Source: Candidatus Bathyarchaeota archaeon
Lineage (GTDB): Archaea; Thermoproteota; Bathyarchaeia; Bathyarchaeales; Bathycorpusculaceae
Reading direction: 5' to 3'
DNA length: 64,000 nt
Assembly: GCA_963702095.1 (NCBI GenBank)
Contig: OY969706.1
Location: 1,728,001-1,792,000 of the forward strand
Each line of letters begins with the position of its first letter. The stretch's first letter is position 1. Below are positions 50,916-59,668 of the stretch, piece by piece. The notes below the pieces were generated by a model. The model made no database searches. It was not told where the DNA came from and saw only the letters and a program-made list of their open reading frames with translations. The translations under genes were made by a program, and so were the position numbers.

Positions 50916-51639
50916 AGCCGACCACCTTCATGAAAACCTCTTCGAGATTCTCAGCCCTATACTGCCCTTTGAGCGCTTGAGGTTCGCCTTCAACAACCAG
51001 TTTGCCCTTGTTAACAAGTGCCACTCGGTTGCAGAGGTGTTCCACTTCAAGCATGTTGTGGCTGCTCAACAGAACGGTTACGCCGTGTTCTTTGACGTAG
51101 CGCTTAACGATTTCTCGGATATGATAAGCGTACATGACATCAAGGCCGCTTGCGGGTTCATCGAGTACAGCCAACTTGGGCTTAGTCATCAGCGCCCGCG
51201 CAACCAGCAACCGCCGTTTCATGCCTTTGCTGTAGGTTTTGGCTTTGTCTTTTAAGCGGTCACCTAACCCGCAAATTATCGCTGCCTCCGCCACAACCTC
51301 TTTAATGTTCGTGCCCGGCGCGGCTTGGAGTTTAGCCATGAAGTTGAGGTATTCCCACCCTGTGAGGTTGGGGTATGCACCGGATTCTTCGGGGAGATAA
51401 CTGAGGATTTGACGGGTTTTCTCTGGTTGTTTGGTGGCGTCTTGACCGAAAATGTTGATGACGCCGCCTGTGGGCTTGATTAAGGTGCAGACCATGCGGA
51501 TGGTTGTGGTTTTGCCTGCGCCGTTTGGACCGATTAAACCGAAAATTTCGCCTGGTTTGATGTTAAAGTTGATGCCGTCAACTGCTCTTATCTGGCCAAA
51601 CTGCTTTGTTAACGAAACCGCTTCTACTGCATACGGCAA
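50908..51639 (-). CDS. ABC exporter ATP-binding subunit
   Basis: GPNGAGKTT, YSKGMKRR, LDEP and SSH. Confidence 0.95.
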   Translation of the reverse strand: MPYAVEAVSLTKQFGQIRAVDGINFNIKPGEIFGLIGPNGAGKTTTIRMVCTLIKPTGGVINIFGQDATKQPEKTRQILSYLPEESGAYPNLTGWEYLNFMAKLQAAPGTNIKEVVAEAAIICGLGDRLKDKAKTYSKGMKRRLLVARALMTKPKLAVLDEPASGLDVMYAYHIREIVKRYVKEHGVTVLLSSHNMLEVEHLCNRVALVNKGKLVVEGEPQALKGQYRAENLEEVFMKVVGYA

Positions 51640-51980
51640 AGTTGTGCCCTCTTTCCTCTCCAATAAGCAGGTAGGATTTTAAGGCTTTTTGGTACAGCGC
51701 TTAGATAAGGATTGCAGTTTTGCGTTTGTATTTCTTAGCCAGTTTAACTCGGTGCCTGTAAGCTAAGTAGGAACTGAACCAGAGCAGGCTCCGAAACCAG
51801 CTATTTGAAGTAACATCCAAGGATCTAACATATTCCTCTCTCCTCGCCCATGTTGTATCCATGGCTTATTTAATTTTCCATATTTTTCTATAAAAAAGCC
51901 CCGTCTACTATGGTAGGAGCTCAAAAATTGCCTTTATCTGCAAAATAGCTGCTTAGTAGCGAGCGTTATGGCAACCCGTT

Positions 51981-52155
51981 TGATACATATCGCCACATCC
52001 ACAGGGCGGCGACTCCAACATAGAGCCATGCAGGGCGTGTGGAGAAAAACCCATATCCCACACCGAAACAGACGCCAAAAAACGTTGCAACCGCAAAAAG
52101 CAACCGCCCTCTTTTGGCATCTTGTGGCACCCTGCAAACCCGCATAAAGAGAGAG
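51981..52155 (+). repeat. Dispersed ~180-bp intergenic repeat, copy 3
   Basis: GATACAT...CATCCACA...TATCCCACACCGAAACAG...AACGTTGCAACC...CTTGTGGCACCC...CATAAAGAGAG. Confidence 0.9.
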
Positions 52156-52354
52156 ACCTAATTTGCTTGCGAATCAAAGCTACAACATGCATCTAGAACC
52201 CCACTAACATTCCAATTCATCGCTTTGGCAGAATAGACACCTTGTTTATGCATCAATTTAATAAACAGAAAGTCCTAAACATAGATGAGCCATGAACAGC
52301 CAAGACTACCAACCTAAACCATATACTTACACGCCCATTATTACAACCGTAGTT

Positions 52355-53329
52355 ATGCCGCTTCTGATTTTTGGACGAGGCAAAAAGAAGGACGCAGCCC
52401 AAGCCCAAGCGCAGCAACCCGACGCTGAGCAGGCGCCCCCGCCGAAGCCTAAACCCAAAAAACACACAGGACTCACCGTACAAAAATACGAAATCACCGA
52501 AGACAAACTCGAATTTTCGGCGTTGAAAGGGCTTTTCAAAAAAAGCTGGGGTGTAATCAAAGAATTCCCCTTAAACGAAATCTCTGCGGTTGAGTTTGAG
52601 GGCAACTGGCTGAGCCTAACATGGAAAGATGAAAACCAACAGTTTATGCTAAAAAAGAAAACTGACTCCTTCGCCAAACTCAACGAGGAGCTACAGGCGA
52701 AAATCGAGGAGCAACACCAAAACCAACTCAAAGCTGAACGTGCTGCCCTGCAAAGGAGCGAGCTCTTAGCCGCTGTGAACACGTTTTTGCCGGCGGTGGA
52801 TGCTTCGTTTGATGTTTTGATGGGGTTGCATGAGAAAAGAGTAAACTGGACCCTGCTTGAAAGCTATGTCCAGCCTTTAGGTGGCACTTTGAGTTTCAAA
52901 GCGCAAACGCTCCTCCCGCTGGAGCTGGATTTCACAAAAGTAGCGGCTGCCATAAAAACCGAGGCACCCAACGTCGCCTCCAAAGAAGCATTCGCAGTGC
53001 TTAAGGCGATTCACAGCTATTTTATAGCGCAAAAACCCGAGGAGGATTCGGCGGATGCCGTAGCCAATTTTGAGCAGGTTAAAGAGTTGATTTTGGCTTA
53101 TTATACACTCAATGATTTGATGTTTGCGCAGGTCATTGAAGAAAAGGATAATGCAAAAGAATCAGCGGCGTTTGAGACTGTGTTAGCGGATTTGGCAGCT
53201 CAAACCAACTTTAAACTTGCCGCAGATGGGTTCAAGGAGAGTTTCGAGGCGTTGGGTGTTAATGAGGAGCGGGGCGAGGCTGTTTTGGATGCTCGGTTGC
53301 TGTTTAGGACCCAGTTGAAGCAGCTTTAG
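52355..53329 (+). CDS. Hypothetical protein (PH-like beta domain followed by helical bundle)
   Basis: Long ORF with protein-like composition; fold call is by eye. Confidence 0.75.
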   Translation: MPLLIFGRGKKKDAAQAQAQQPDAEQAPPPKPKPKKHTGLTVQKYEITEDKLEFSALKGLFKKSWGVIKEFPLNEISAVEFEGNWLSLTWKDENQQFMLKKKTDSFAKLNEELQAKIEEQHQNQLKAERAALQRSELLAAVNTFLPAVDASFDVLMGLHEKRVNWTLLESYVQPLGGTLSFKAQTLLPLELDFTKVAAAIKTEAPNVASKEAFAVLKAIHSYFIAQKPEEDSADAVANFEQVKELILAYYTLNDLMFAQVIEEKDNAKESAAFETVLADLAAQTNFKLAADGFKESFEALGVNEERGEAVLDARLLFRTQLKQL

Positions 53330-53441
53330 GCTTGTGGTTTTTGCTTTTGTGCGGTGAGGGCTTTTTTTGTTGTTTTCTGGGTAACCTTTAAGAGTATGCC
53401 GCGTGGCATATACTAGTTGTCCCCTAACAGGAGGACCAAAA

Positions 53442-54218
53442 ACGAAAAACAAAACAATCATAACAACCCTCATTCTAACAATCCTACCCCTCCTCCTAAT
53501 AACCACCCCCCAAACCGCATCTGCCACACCCTGGGATATTCAACTAACCGACGCCACTGGAGCAACAACCATAACCCTCACCTACGCCAACCTCACTGCC
53601 CTGCCCCAAACCACCGTCTTCGCAGACCTCCGATGCTACGGCTCTCCCGTAACCAGCGGAAACTGGGTCGGCGTCCAACTCTCACAAATCCTAAACCAAG
53701 TGGGATATGACTCCAATGTGGGTTCAGTTGATTTTAAAGCCCAAGATGGCTATAAAGTCAGTTTGTCACTCGACACTGCCCTGCTACCAGATGTGATTAT
53801 CGCTTACGAAAAAGACGGGGCGTTACTAGGCGAGACCTACCGATTGGTTGTTCCAATGGCAAACGGCAACGTCTGGATATCGATGATCACAAGCATTAGT
53901 TTAAGCAATACTGTAATAACGTCAAGTTTATCCTCAAACTCTATGCCTCCGACAGAGCCCTCATGGATAACGGGGCAAACCGATCAACCTACGCCGACAC
54001 CACAAGCCTCCACTCCCAGCCCCAGCGCCGCCCCCACAGAGACTCCCCAATCAACTCCTTTGCCCTCAAATGACGTTACTCAAACCCCACCGTCTCAGCC
54101 TAACGATCCAGCTACATTGAGTTTTCCCTATGCAACCGTCATTGCAGTAGTGTTGGTTTTTGTGTTTGCTGCAGCTGCGGGTTTTGTGGTTTATCATCGC
54201 AGAAGAAGCACCGCTTAA
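53442..54218 (+). CDS. Secreted, C-terminally anchored sulfite-oxidase-like Moco-domain protein (apparent ACG start)
   Basis: LRCYG, WVGVQL, AQDGY, IIAYEKDG and RLVVP; AGGAGG precedes ACG-AAA-AAC-AAA, giving a canonical signal peptide; alternative GTG at 53403. Confidence 0.8.
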   Translation, partial: TKNKTIITTLILTILPLLLITTPQTASATPWDIQLTDATGATTITLTYANLTALPQTTVFADLRCYGSPVTSGNWVGVQLSQILNQVGYDSNVGSVDFKAQDGYKVSLSLDTALLPDVIIAYEKDGALLGETYRLVVPMANGNVWISMITSISLSNTVITSSLSSNSMPPTEPSWITGQTDQPTPTPQASTPSPSAAPTETPQSTPLPSNDVTQTPPSQPNDPATLSFPYATVIAVVLVFVFAAAAGFVVYHRRRSTA

Positions 54219-54368
54219 TCACTTTCATTCCCCCTTTTCTGTTGTTTTTTTGTTGTACAGAATTTTCAATAAATATGTAAACGCTGTTGCTTTGATACTG
54301 CTTGGGGATTCGCTAACATTATATACATAACCGCCCAATTGGGTAGTCAGACAGTGGGGGATTAATAA

Positions 54369-54929
54369 ACGTCAAAGAATCCGCAACAAAAAGATGAAGC
54401 ACTGGAAGCCTTAGACTTCATCGTTAATGTTTTAAAAGAGCATGAACGGGACTTAGACAAGCTTATCAGCGAGTTAGCCACTGTTACTGAACAGATGGGT
54501 GACACCGGCGAGTTAACCGGCAAAGTGGAGAAGGTTGAAGAAAAAATCGGCAATCTCCAAAAAGAAGTTACGAATCTGGTCGGTTACATGTCAGGCATGC
54601 CTAAAGAAGCCGCAGCCATTGCAGTTAAAGAACAGTCAGCACAGGCTCAGGTAGCAACTGCACCTGCGGTTGCACATGGGGGACCATCGGTGGTTGTTAG
54701 GTGTCAGCAATGGCAGGACTTCCAATCTATGGCAATGGGGGCTCAGACAATTTCGTTTAGCTACAAAGAAGAAGAAAAGTTGTTCCAAGCAGACGCGCTT
54801 AGGGGCAACCAAATCATAACTTACAAGGGTCCCTTGCCCAACTTGACATTGGTTCTTAAAGCGTTTTTGTCTAAGGAACTCGGCGTTTCTGAACGCAGCA
54901 TTCTCGAAGGCGCCTTAGCCATCAGCTAA
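54369..54929 (+). CDS. Hypothetical protein with N-terminal coiled coil (apparent ACG start)
   Basis: Frame open 42 codons upstream of the ATG at 54495 (SKNPQQKDEALEALDFIVNVLKEHERDLDKLI); ACG directly follows an in-frame TAA and lies behind GTGGGGG. Confidence 0.75.
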   Translation, partial: TSKNPQQKDEALEALDFIVNVLKEHERDLDKLISELATVTEQMGDTGELTGKVEKVEEKIGNLQKEVTNLVGYMSGMPKEAAAIAVKEQSAQAQVATAPAVAHGGPSVVVRCQQWQDFQSMAMGAQTISFSYKEEEKLFQADALRGNQIITYKGPLPNLTLVLKAFLSKELGVSERSILEGALAIS

Positions 54930-55019
54930 TCTTGTTGCTGAGGCTAAATCCACATTTTTAATATTGATTACGATTTCATAAGCCATATAACCCTTTTGCG
55001 ACATCTTTAGTATCAGTGA

Positions 55020-55152
55020 TTGGAGGGATTGGTTAAGGTTGAAGGCTAAGCCAATAGCCAACTCAAACCTTTTCCGTTTTCGAAGCCTTCTCCTTTCTCC
55101 TCGAACGACGGATGGCTAAGTGGCCCAACCAACACACTTAACCACCCTCCAA
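55020..55152 (+). ncRNA. Candidate structured non-coding RNA (long nested hairpin)
   Basis: Nested stems TTGGAGGG/CCCTCCAA, TGGTTAAG/CTTAACCA, GTTG/CAAC, GCCA/TGGC, TAGCCA/TGGCTA, TCCGTT/GACGGA and TTCGA/TCGAA; TATA-like CATATAA at 54984. Confidence 0.55.
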
Positions 55153-55191
55153 AACACCTACTTCCTTAATCAAGTTTTACTTAGATATCCC

Positions 55192-55257
55192 TTCTCTCTT
55201 TATGTGGGTGTGGCGGTTTATGGGGTGCCACAAGATGCCAAAAGAGGGCGGTTGCTT
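55192..55257 (-). repeat. Partial copy 4 of the dispersed repeat (conserved end only)
   Basis: Reverse complement AAGCAACCGCCCTCTTTTGGCATCTTGTGGCACCC is identical to copy 3; the terminal part matches copy 1. Confidence 0.88.
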
Positions 55258-55444
55258 CTTTAATTTCAATAACGGAGATTTTTGGACAAAATTGCCTATG
55301 CTTTTACTGTAGGTGCATGCCGATTTCCACCATGAGTTCTGGTGTCAGCATGCCCTGTGCGAGCATGATTCCGCCTGCCGAGTTGAGTACAATTGTTTTG
55401 TCTGGAAAAGGTTTATCTCATTGCATGTCGTTTTCTTGGGAACT

Positions 55445-55497
55445 GCAGGCGGATACACTCGTCCGCTGGGATGTGGTCCCCTCGGGGACTGAACCGC
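55445..55497 (+). promoter_or_regulatory. Structured 5' leader of rpl15e (candidate r-protein leader)
   Basis: Hairpins GCGGA/TCCGC and GTCCC-CTCG-GGGAC flanked by GATG...CTGA; downstream of BRE/TATA-like GAAAAGGTTTATC. Confidence 0.45.
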
Positions 55498-55524
55498 AAA
55501 CAAAACAGTCAAAAGTGAAAAGCA

Positions 55525-56151
55525 ATGGCATACAAATACATGGCCGACGAATGGGCTCAGCCCGAAAAAAGCTTCGTCGAAGAACTTAATCGCCAACGCC
55601 TAGTGCAATGGCGTAAACAACCAAGCACCCTTAGAGTAGAAGGCCCAACCCGGCTTGACCGAGCGCGTAAACTGGGCTACAAAGCCAAACAGGGCTTCGT
55701 AGTTGCACGCACAAAGGTCCGCAGAGGCGGATTGCGTAAGCTCAGACCAAGATCCGGTAGACGCCCCAAACGTATGGGTGTTGCTAAATTCAAACCTGGA
55801 AAATCAATCCGCTTAATTGCGGAAGAACGAACCGCCAAACATTTCCCCAATCTAGAAGTCCTAAACAGTTACTGGGTCGGAGAAGACGGCAGACACAAGT
55901 GGTTCGAAGTTATCCTCGTTGACCCCAACGCGCCAACCATCAAAACAGACAAAGACATCGGTTGGATCACCGAGAAACAGCATACAAACCGCGTTTTCCG
56001 CAGCATGACCAGTGCGGGCAAAAACGTGCGTGGCTTACATCACCGCGGCGCAGGCGCAGAGAAAGCGCGTCCAAGTCACCGCAGAGGAGCCAAAAAACAC
56101 AGCGGCGTAAAACGTCAACGCAAAGGAGATGGACCATATGCACCAAGTTAA
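55525..56151 (+). CDS. rpl15e: 50S ribosomal protein L15e
   Basis: PTRLDRARKLGYKAKQG and LEVLNSYWVGEDG..KWFEVILVDP. Confidence 0.97.
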   Translation: MAYKYMADEWAQPEKSFVEELNRQRLVQWRKQPSTLRVEGPTRLDRARKLGYKAKQGFVVARTKVRRGGLRKLRPRSGRRPKRMGVAKFKPGKSIRLIAEERTAKHFPNLEVLNSYWVGEDGRHKWFEVILVDPNAPTIKTDKDIGWITEKQHTNRVFRSMTSAGKNVRGLHHRGAGAEKARPSHRRGAKKHSGVKRQRKGDGPYAPS

Positions 56152-56338
56152 ACCCACCGTATATCGCCCGAGAGGTAAAGAGAAACGGGGCAAGGGTTTT
56201 AGCCCCAATGAACTCAAAGCAGCAGGCATAAGCAGACAACAAGCACGCCAAGCAGGATTGCCGGTTGATGTGCGCCGTAAAACCAGCCACGACGAAAACG
56301 TGGAAGCAATTAAAGCGCATACCAAACCAAAAGCCTAA
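56138..56338 (+). CDS. rpl13e: 50S ribosomal protein L13e (short archaeal form)
   Basis: RGKGFSPNELKAAGI...GLPVDVRRKT...NV. Confidence 0.92.
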   Translation: MHQVKPTVYRPRGKEKRGKGFSPNELKAAGISRQQARQAGLPVDVRRKTSHDENVEAIKAHTKPKA

Positions 56339-56371
56339 AAACACTGGACGCATAAGACACAATCGACAACT

Positions 56372-56818
56372 ATGTCTTCCAACTTTCCAATAGGCTACAT
56401 CGATGTCCGCGTATTCGCTCATGCAACTGAGGATATGCAGAAGGTCGAGGCAGCCACCAAAAATCTTTTTCCTCTTTCTCTTTCAGAAACCCTGGTTTTC
56501 CAAAAAACCGCGTTATCGGGACACCATTCGAACCCTATCATTCTCCTCACAACCCAGTTAACTGACCGCAAACTTTTACTCTCTGCGTTACAGAAACTCG
56601 GCACAGACCTCTCCGTATTAGACAAGGAACAGCTTGACGCGGACATAAAATTGCATCTTGAAAAGGGTAACCTTTACCTGCGTTTCGATAAGCAAGCCGC
56701 CTATTTGGGCACAGTCAAACTCACACAGAACGACCCAATCCACGTCAAAATCCACTTCAAAAACAAAAACGCTCAGGAAATAGTTGATTTGGCTAAACAG
56801 TCTGGGTTACTGCCATGA
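56372..56818 (+). CDS. DUF54 family putative RNA-binding protein (exosome superoperon type)
   Basis: FAHATED..KV, GHHSNPI and LYLRFDKQAA; conserved position between rpl15e and rnp3. Confidence 0.88.
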   Translation: MSSNFPIGYIDVRVFAHATEDMQKVEAATKNLFPLSLSETLVFQKTALSGHHSNPIILLTTQLTDRKLLLSALQKLGTDLSVLDKEQLDADIKLHLEKGNLYLRFDKQAAYLGTVKLTQNDPIHVKIHFKNKNAQEIVDLAKQSGLLP

Positions 56819-57549
56819 AACGCGTCTTTGCAGACCTTCACCTTAAATTTAACCCCAAGGATACAGCGGCAACACAGCAAGCCATCGAGAAGGCAGCACG
56901 GTTCGGATACGAACGGGTTGGTTTTGCGTTTTCTTTTGGGCTGCAAGACGCTGAAGTAGCGGCGCTCAAAGCTGCCTGCGCCAATTTGGGGCTTGACTTG
57001 GTTTTGCGTGCGGATTTTAAGCCTCGCAATCAAGAAGACCTCATGCGTTTCTTGCGCAAATACCGGCGCAAACTCGAAGTCATCTGTATCCTCTGCGACG
57101 ACAAAGAAATCAGCCGCCAAGCCGCCAAAGACCGCCGCGTTGACCTACTCGACTTCACCTCATTGGATTATCATAAACGCTTCTTTGACCGCGCGGAAGC
57201 CGAACTTGCCAGTTGCAGCCAAACCGCTTTGGAAATTGATGTTAAACCGCTTCTTGTCCTTGAAGGTCCAAGCCGCGTCCGTCTGCTCACAAGTCTGCGC
57301 CGTGAGGTTACATTGGCTAAAGAGTTTCATGTGCCCATTGTCCTATCCAGCGGCGTCGCTGAGAACCGCTTAATGCGTATGCCTCATGACTTGGCAAGTT
57401 TGGGGTTACTTTTGGGTTTGAACGAGGCTGAAACGTTGGATGCAGTTTCAACTAATCCCTCGTCGATGGTTATGCGTAACCGCCTAAAATTAGGCTCAGC
57501 TTTTGTTGCCCCGGGCATTACTGTAATCAAGGAGGGCAAGGCACAGTGA
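56815..57549 (+). CDS. rnp3: Ribonuclease P protein component 3 (Rpp30)
   Basis: FADLHL, RQAAKDRRVDLL, ALEI and PIVLSSG; gene context. Confidence 0.9.
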   Translation: MKRVFADLHLKFNPKDTAATQQAIEKAARFGYERVGFAFSFGLQDAEVAALKAACANLGLDLVLRADFKPRNQEDLMRFLRKYRRKLEVICILCDDKEISRQAAKDRRVDLLDFTSLDYHKRFFDRAEAELASCSQTALEIDVKPLLVLEGPSRVRLLTSLRREVTLAKEFHVPIVLSSGVAENRLMRMPHDLASLGLLLGLNEAETLDAVSTNPSSMVMRNRLKLGSAFVAPGITVIKEGKAQ

Positions 57550-57857
57550 AGCGTGTTAAGAGGCGTTATTTGGCGGTGCAGCTGGAACGTGACCGTTTGC
57601 CAAGCGAACGGGAGTTGATGGATGCCATCTGGGGTTCTCTTTCACGGTTGTTTGGTGAGGTGGGGGCAAGTCAGGCGAGTTTGGCGTTGATTAGTTTTGA
57701 TGTTGAACGTAAGGTTGCTGTGGTGCGGACTTCGCTTGTGTGTTTGCCGTCTTTTAGGGCGTCTTTGGCTGCGGTTACGTCTGTTGGTGGGGTGGAGGCT
57801 TCGCTGCATGTTTTGGCTGTTTCGGGAACGTTGAAGGCTCTGTTTTCAAATTTCTAA
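57546..57857 (+). CDS. rnp2: Ribonuclease P protein component 2 (Pop5/Rpp14)
   Basis: KRRYL, LFGEVG and VSGTLK. Confidence 0.9.
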   Translation: MKRVKRRYLAVQLERDRLPSERELMDAIWGSLSRLFGEVGASQASLALISFDVERKVAVVRTSLVCLPSFRASLAAVTSVGGVEASLHVLAVSGTLKALFSNF

Positions 57858-58028
57858 TGTAAAGTTTTTCTTTACTTTGTGACAAAACAAACGGGAGTTA
57901 AGTCAGTGTATTATTGGACAAACTATTAGAAGTTATGCAGAAATATTTATCAACCCGTAGATAAGCGTTAATTAACGTTACAAATATGCGTTGGGAGAAA
58001 CGCAAAACCAGACCGAGAAGAGCGTAAA

Positions 58029-59261
58029 ATGGACATAAAAGATTACTTCTTCAAAATGCCCTCCCTAAAAACGGAGCCAATAATAGACGACACCACCCTC
58101 CGAGACGGCATCCAAATGCCCGGCCTAGCCGCAAGCTCAAAAGACGCCCAAAAAATCGCCCAGCTACTCTGCGACATAGGCGTAGAACGCATCGAAATGT
58201 TCCACTATCAAGAACCAGACAAACGAGCCGCCAAACTCATCTTAAACAACAAACTAGACATGCGCATCGCCGGATGGTGCCGAGCCGTCAAAGAAGACAT
58301 CGACAGCGCCGTAGCATGCGGGTTCAAAGAAGTCGGCATCTCACACCCAGTTTCATTCATCCATTTCAAGGCTAAATGGCCTGAAAAAACAAACGAGCAA
58401 ATCCTCGTCAACGTCGTCGAAGTCACAGAGTACGCAGCTAAAAACTGCGGCTTACGCACATTTGTGCACGGCGAAGACAGCACACGCGCCGACTGGGAGT
58501 TCGAACGCAAATTCATCAACGCCATCGCAGACGCAGGCGCAGAATGCTACCGAATATGCGACACCGTCGGCATCGGTTTACCAGACATAAATGCGCCACT
58601 GCCCAACGGCATCCCCGCCAAAGTCTTGGCAATCAAAAAAGAAACCAAAATCCCCTCCATCGAAATCCACGCGCATGACGACTTCGGCAACGCAGTCGGC
58701 AACACCATGGCGGCGATACAGGCAGCTGACGGCTTATACGACAAAGTCTACGCCAGCACAACACTTTTAGGCATCGGTGAACGCGCAGGCAACGCGGAGA
58801 CAGAAAAAATCATGCTCAACCTGTATTTGCAGCGGGGCGTCAAAAAGTTTGAGGGCAAAACCGAAAAACTCAAAGCCACCGCAGACTTCATTGGCAAAGC
58901 CACCGGTTTCGTGGTGCCGCCTAACAAAGCCATCGTCGGCGACTACGGGTTTGCGCATGAAAGCGGCATTCACACCCACGGCGTCCTAAACGACCCCTGG
59001 ACCTACGAACCCTACCCGCCTGAACTGGTCGGCAACACACGGCGCCTAACCGTTGGCAAACAATCGGGCAAAGGCATCATTAAACATAAAATCAAAGAAC
59101 TCAGCGGCAACGTACCAGACGACGCCACGGTCGCCACTGTTTTGGAAACTGTTAAAGACATCTATGCAGGCGGACGCAGAGCATCGCTTAAAGAGGACGA
59201 ATTCAGGAAAATCCTGCGTATACTAAAAATATTGCCTGAAAACGCCAACGGACACTGCTAA
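58029..59261 (+). CDS. DRE-TIM acyltransferase (homocitrate synthase / Re-citrate synthase-like; no LeuA regulatory domain)
   Basis: DTTLRDG.Q, EDSTRAD, CDTVG, HAHDDFG, GIGERAGN and FAHESGIH. Confidence 0.88.
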   Translation: MDIKDYFFKMPSLKTEPIIDDTTLRDGIQMPGLAASSKDAQKIAQLLCDIGVERIEMFHYQEPDKRAAKLILNNKLDMRIAGWCRAVKEDIDSAVACGFKEVGISHPVSFIHFKAKWPEKTNEQILVNVVEVTEYAAKNCGLRTFVHGEDSTRADWEFERKFINAIADAGAECYRICDTVGIGLPDINAPLPNGIPAKVLAIKKETKIPSIEIHAHDDFGNAVGNTMAAIQAADGLYDKVYASTTLLGIGERAGNAETEKIMLNLYLQRGVKKFEGKTEKLKATADFIGKATGFVVPPNKAIVGDYGFAHESGIHTHGVLNDPWTYEPYPPELVGNTRRLTVGKQSGKGIIKHKIKELSGNVPDDATVATVLETVKDIYAGGRRASLKEDEFRKILRILKILPENANGHC

Positions 59262-59366
59262 AACCAATCTTGTGCCCCGTCGCTACTCTTTTTCCTTATT
59301 AGAAGGAAATTTTTTTTCTCTAAGTTCGAAGGCTTTTCTTTTTACTTCTTAGCAGCTTGGGGGGCT

Positions 59367-59660
59367 CTAAACGCTTCGTGGGTTCCAAATACATTTTATC
59401 GCTTTTGAGTCGCAGGCTAAGACGCAGGGGGTTTGGTTGGTTTCGGGTTTGCATGCTTGGCAGGTGTAGCATATTTTTTTGCGGTGTTCCTCTTTGATGG
59501 CTGCGACGGTTTTGTCTTCTAAATCGATGAATTCGGTTTGAAGGTCGAAGGCATTTTGGGGGCATTCCTCAACGCATTTACCGCAGCCGCTGCAGCGGTC
59601 AGAGTCGACTACGATGTAGTATTCGCCTGAACCGTCACAGTAGCCATAATGCGTGATCAT
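59367..59660 (-). CDS. Ferredoxin, BzdM-like
   Basis: HYGYCDGSGEYYI N-terminus, CSGCGKCVEECP and C..C...PCV.AC. Confidence 0.82.
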   Translation of the reverse strand: MITHYGYCDGSGEYYIVVDSDRCSGCGKCVEECPQNAFDLQTEFIDLEDKTVAAIKEEHRKKICYTCQACKPETNQTPCVLACDSKAIKCIWNPRSV

Positions 59661-59668
59661 GCCTTTCG

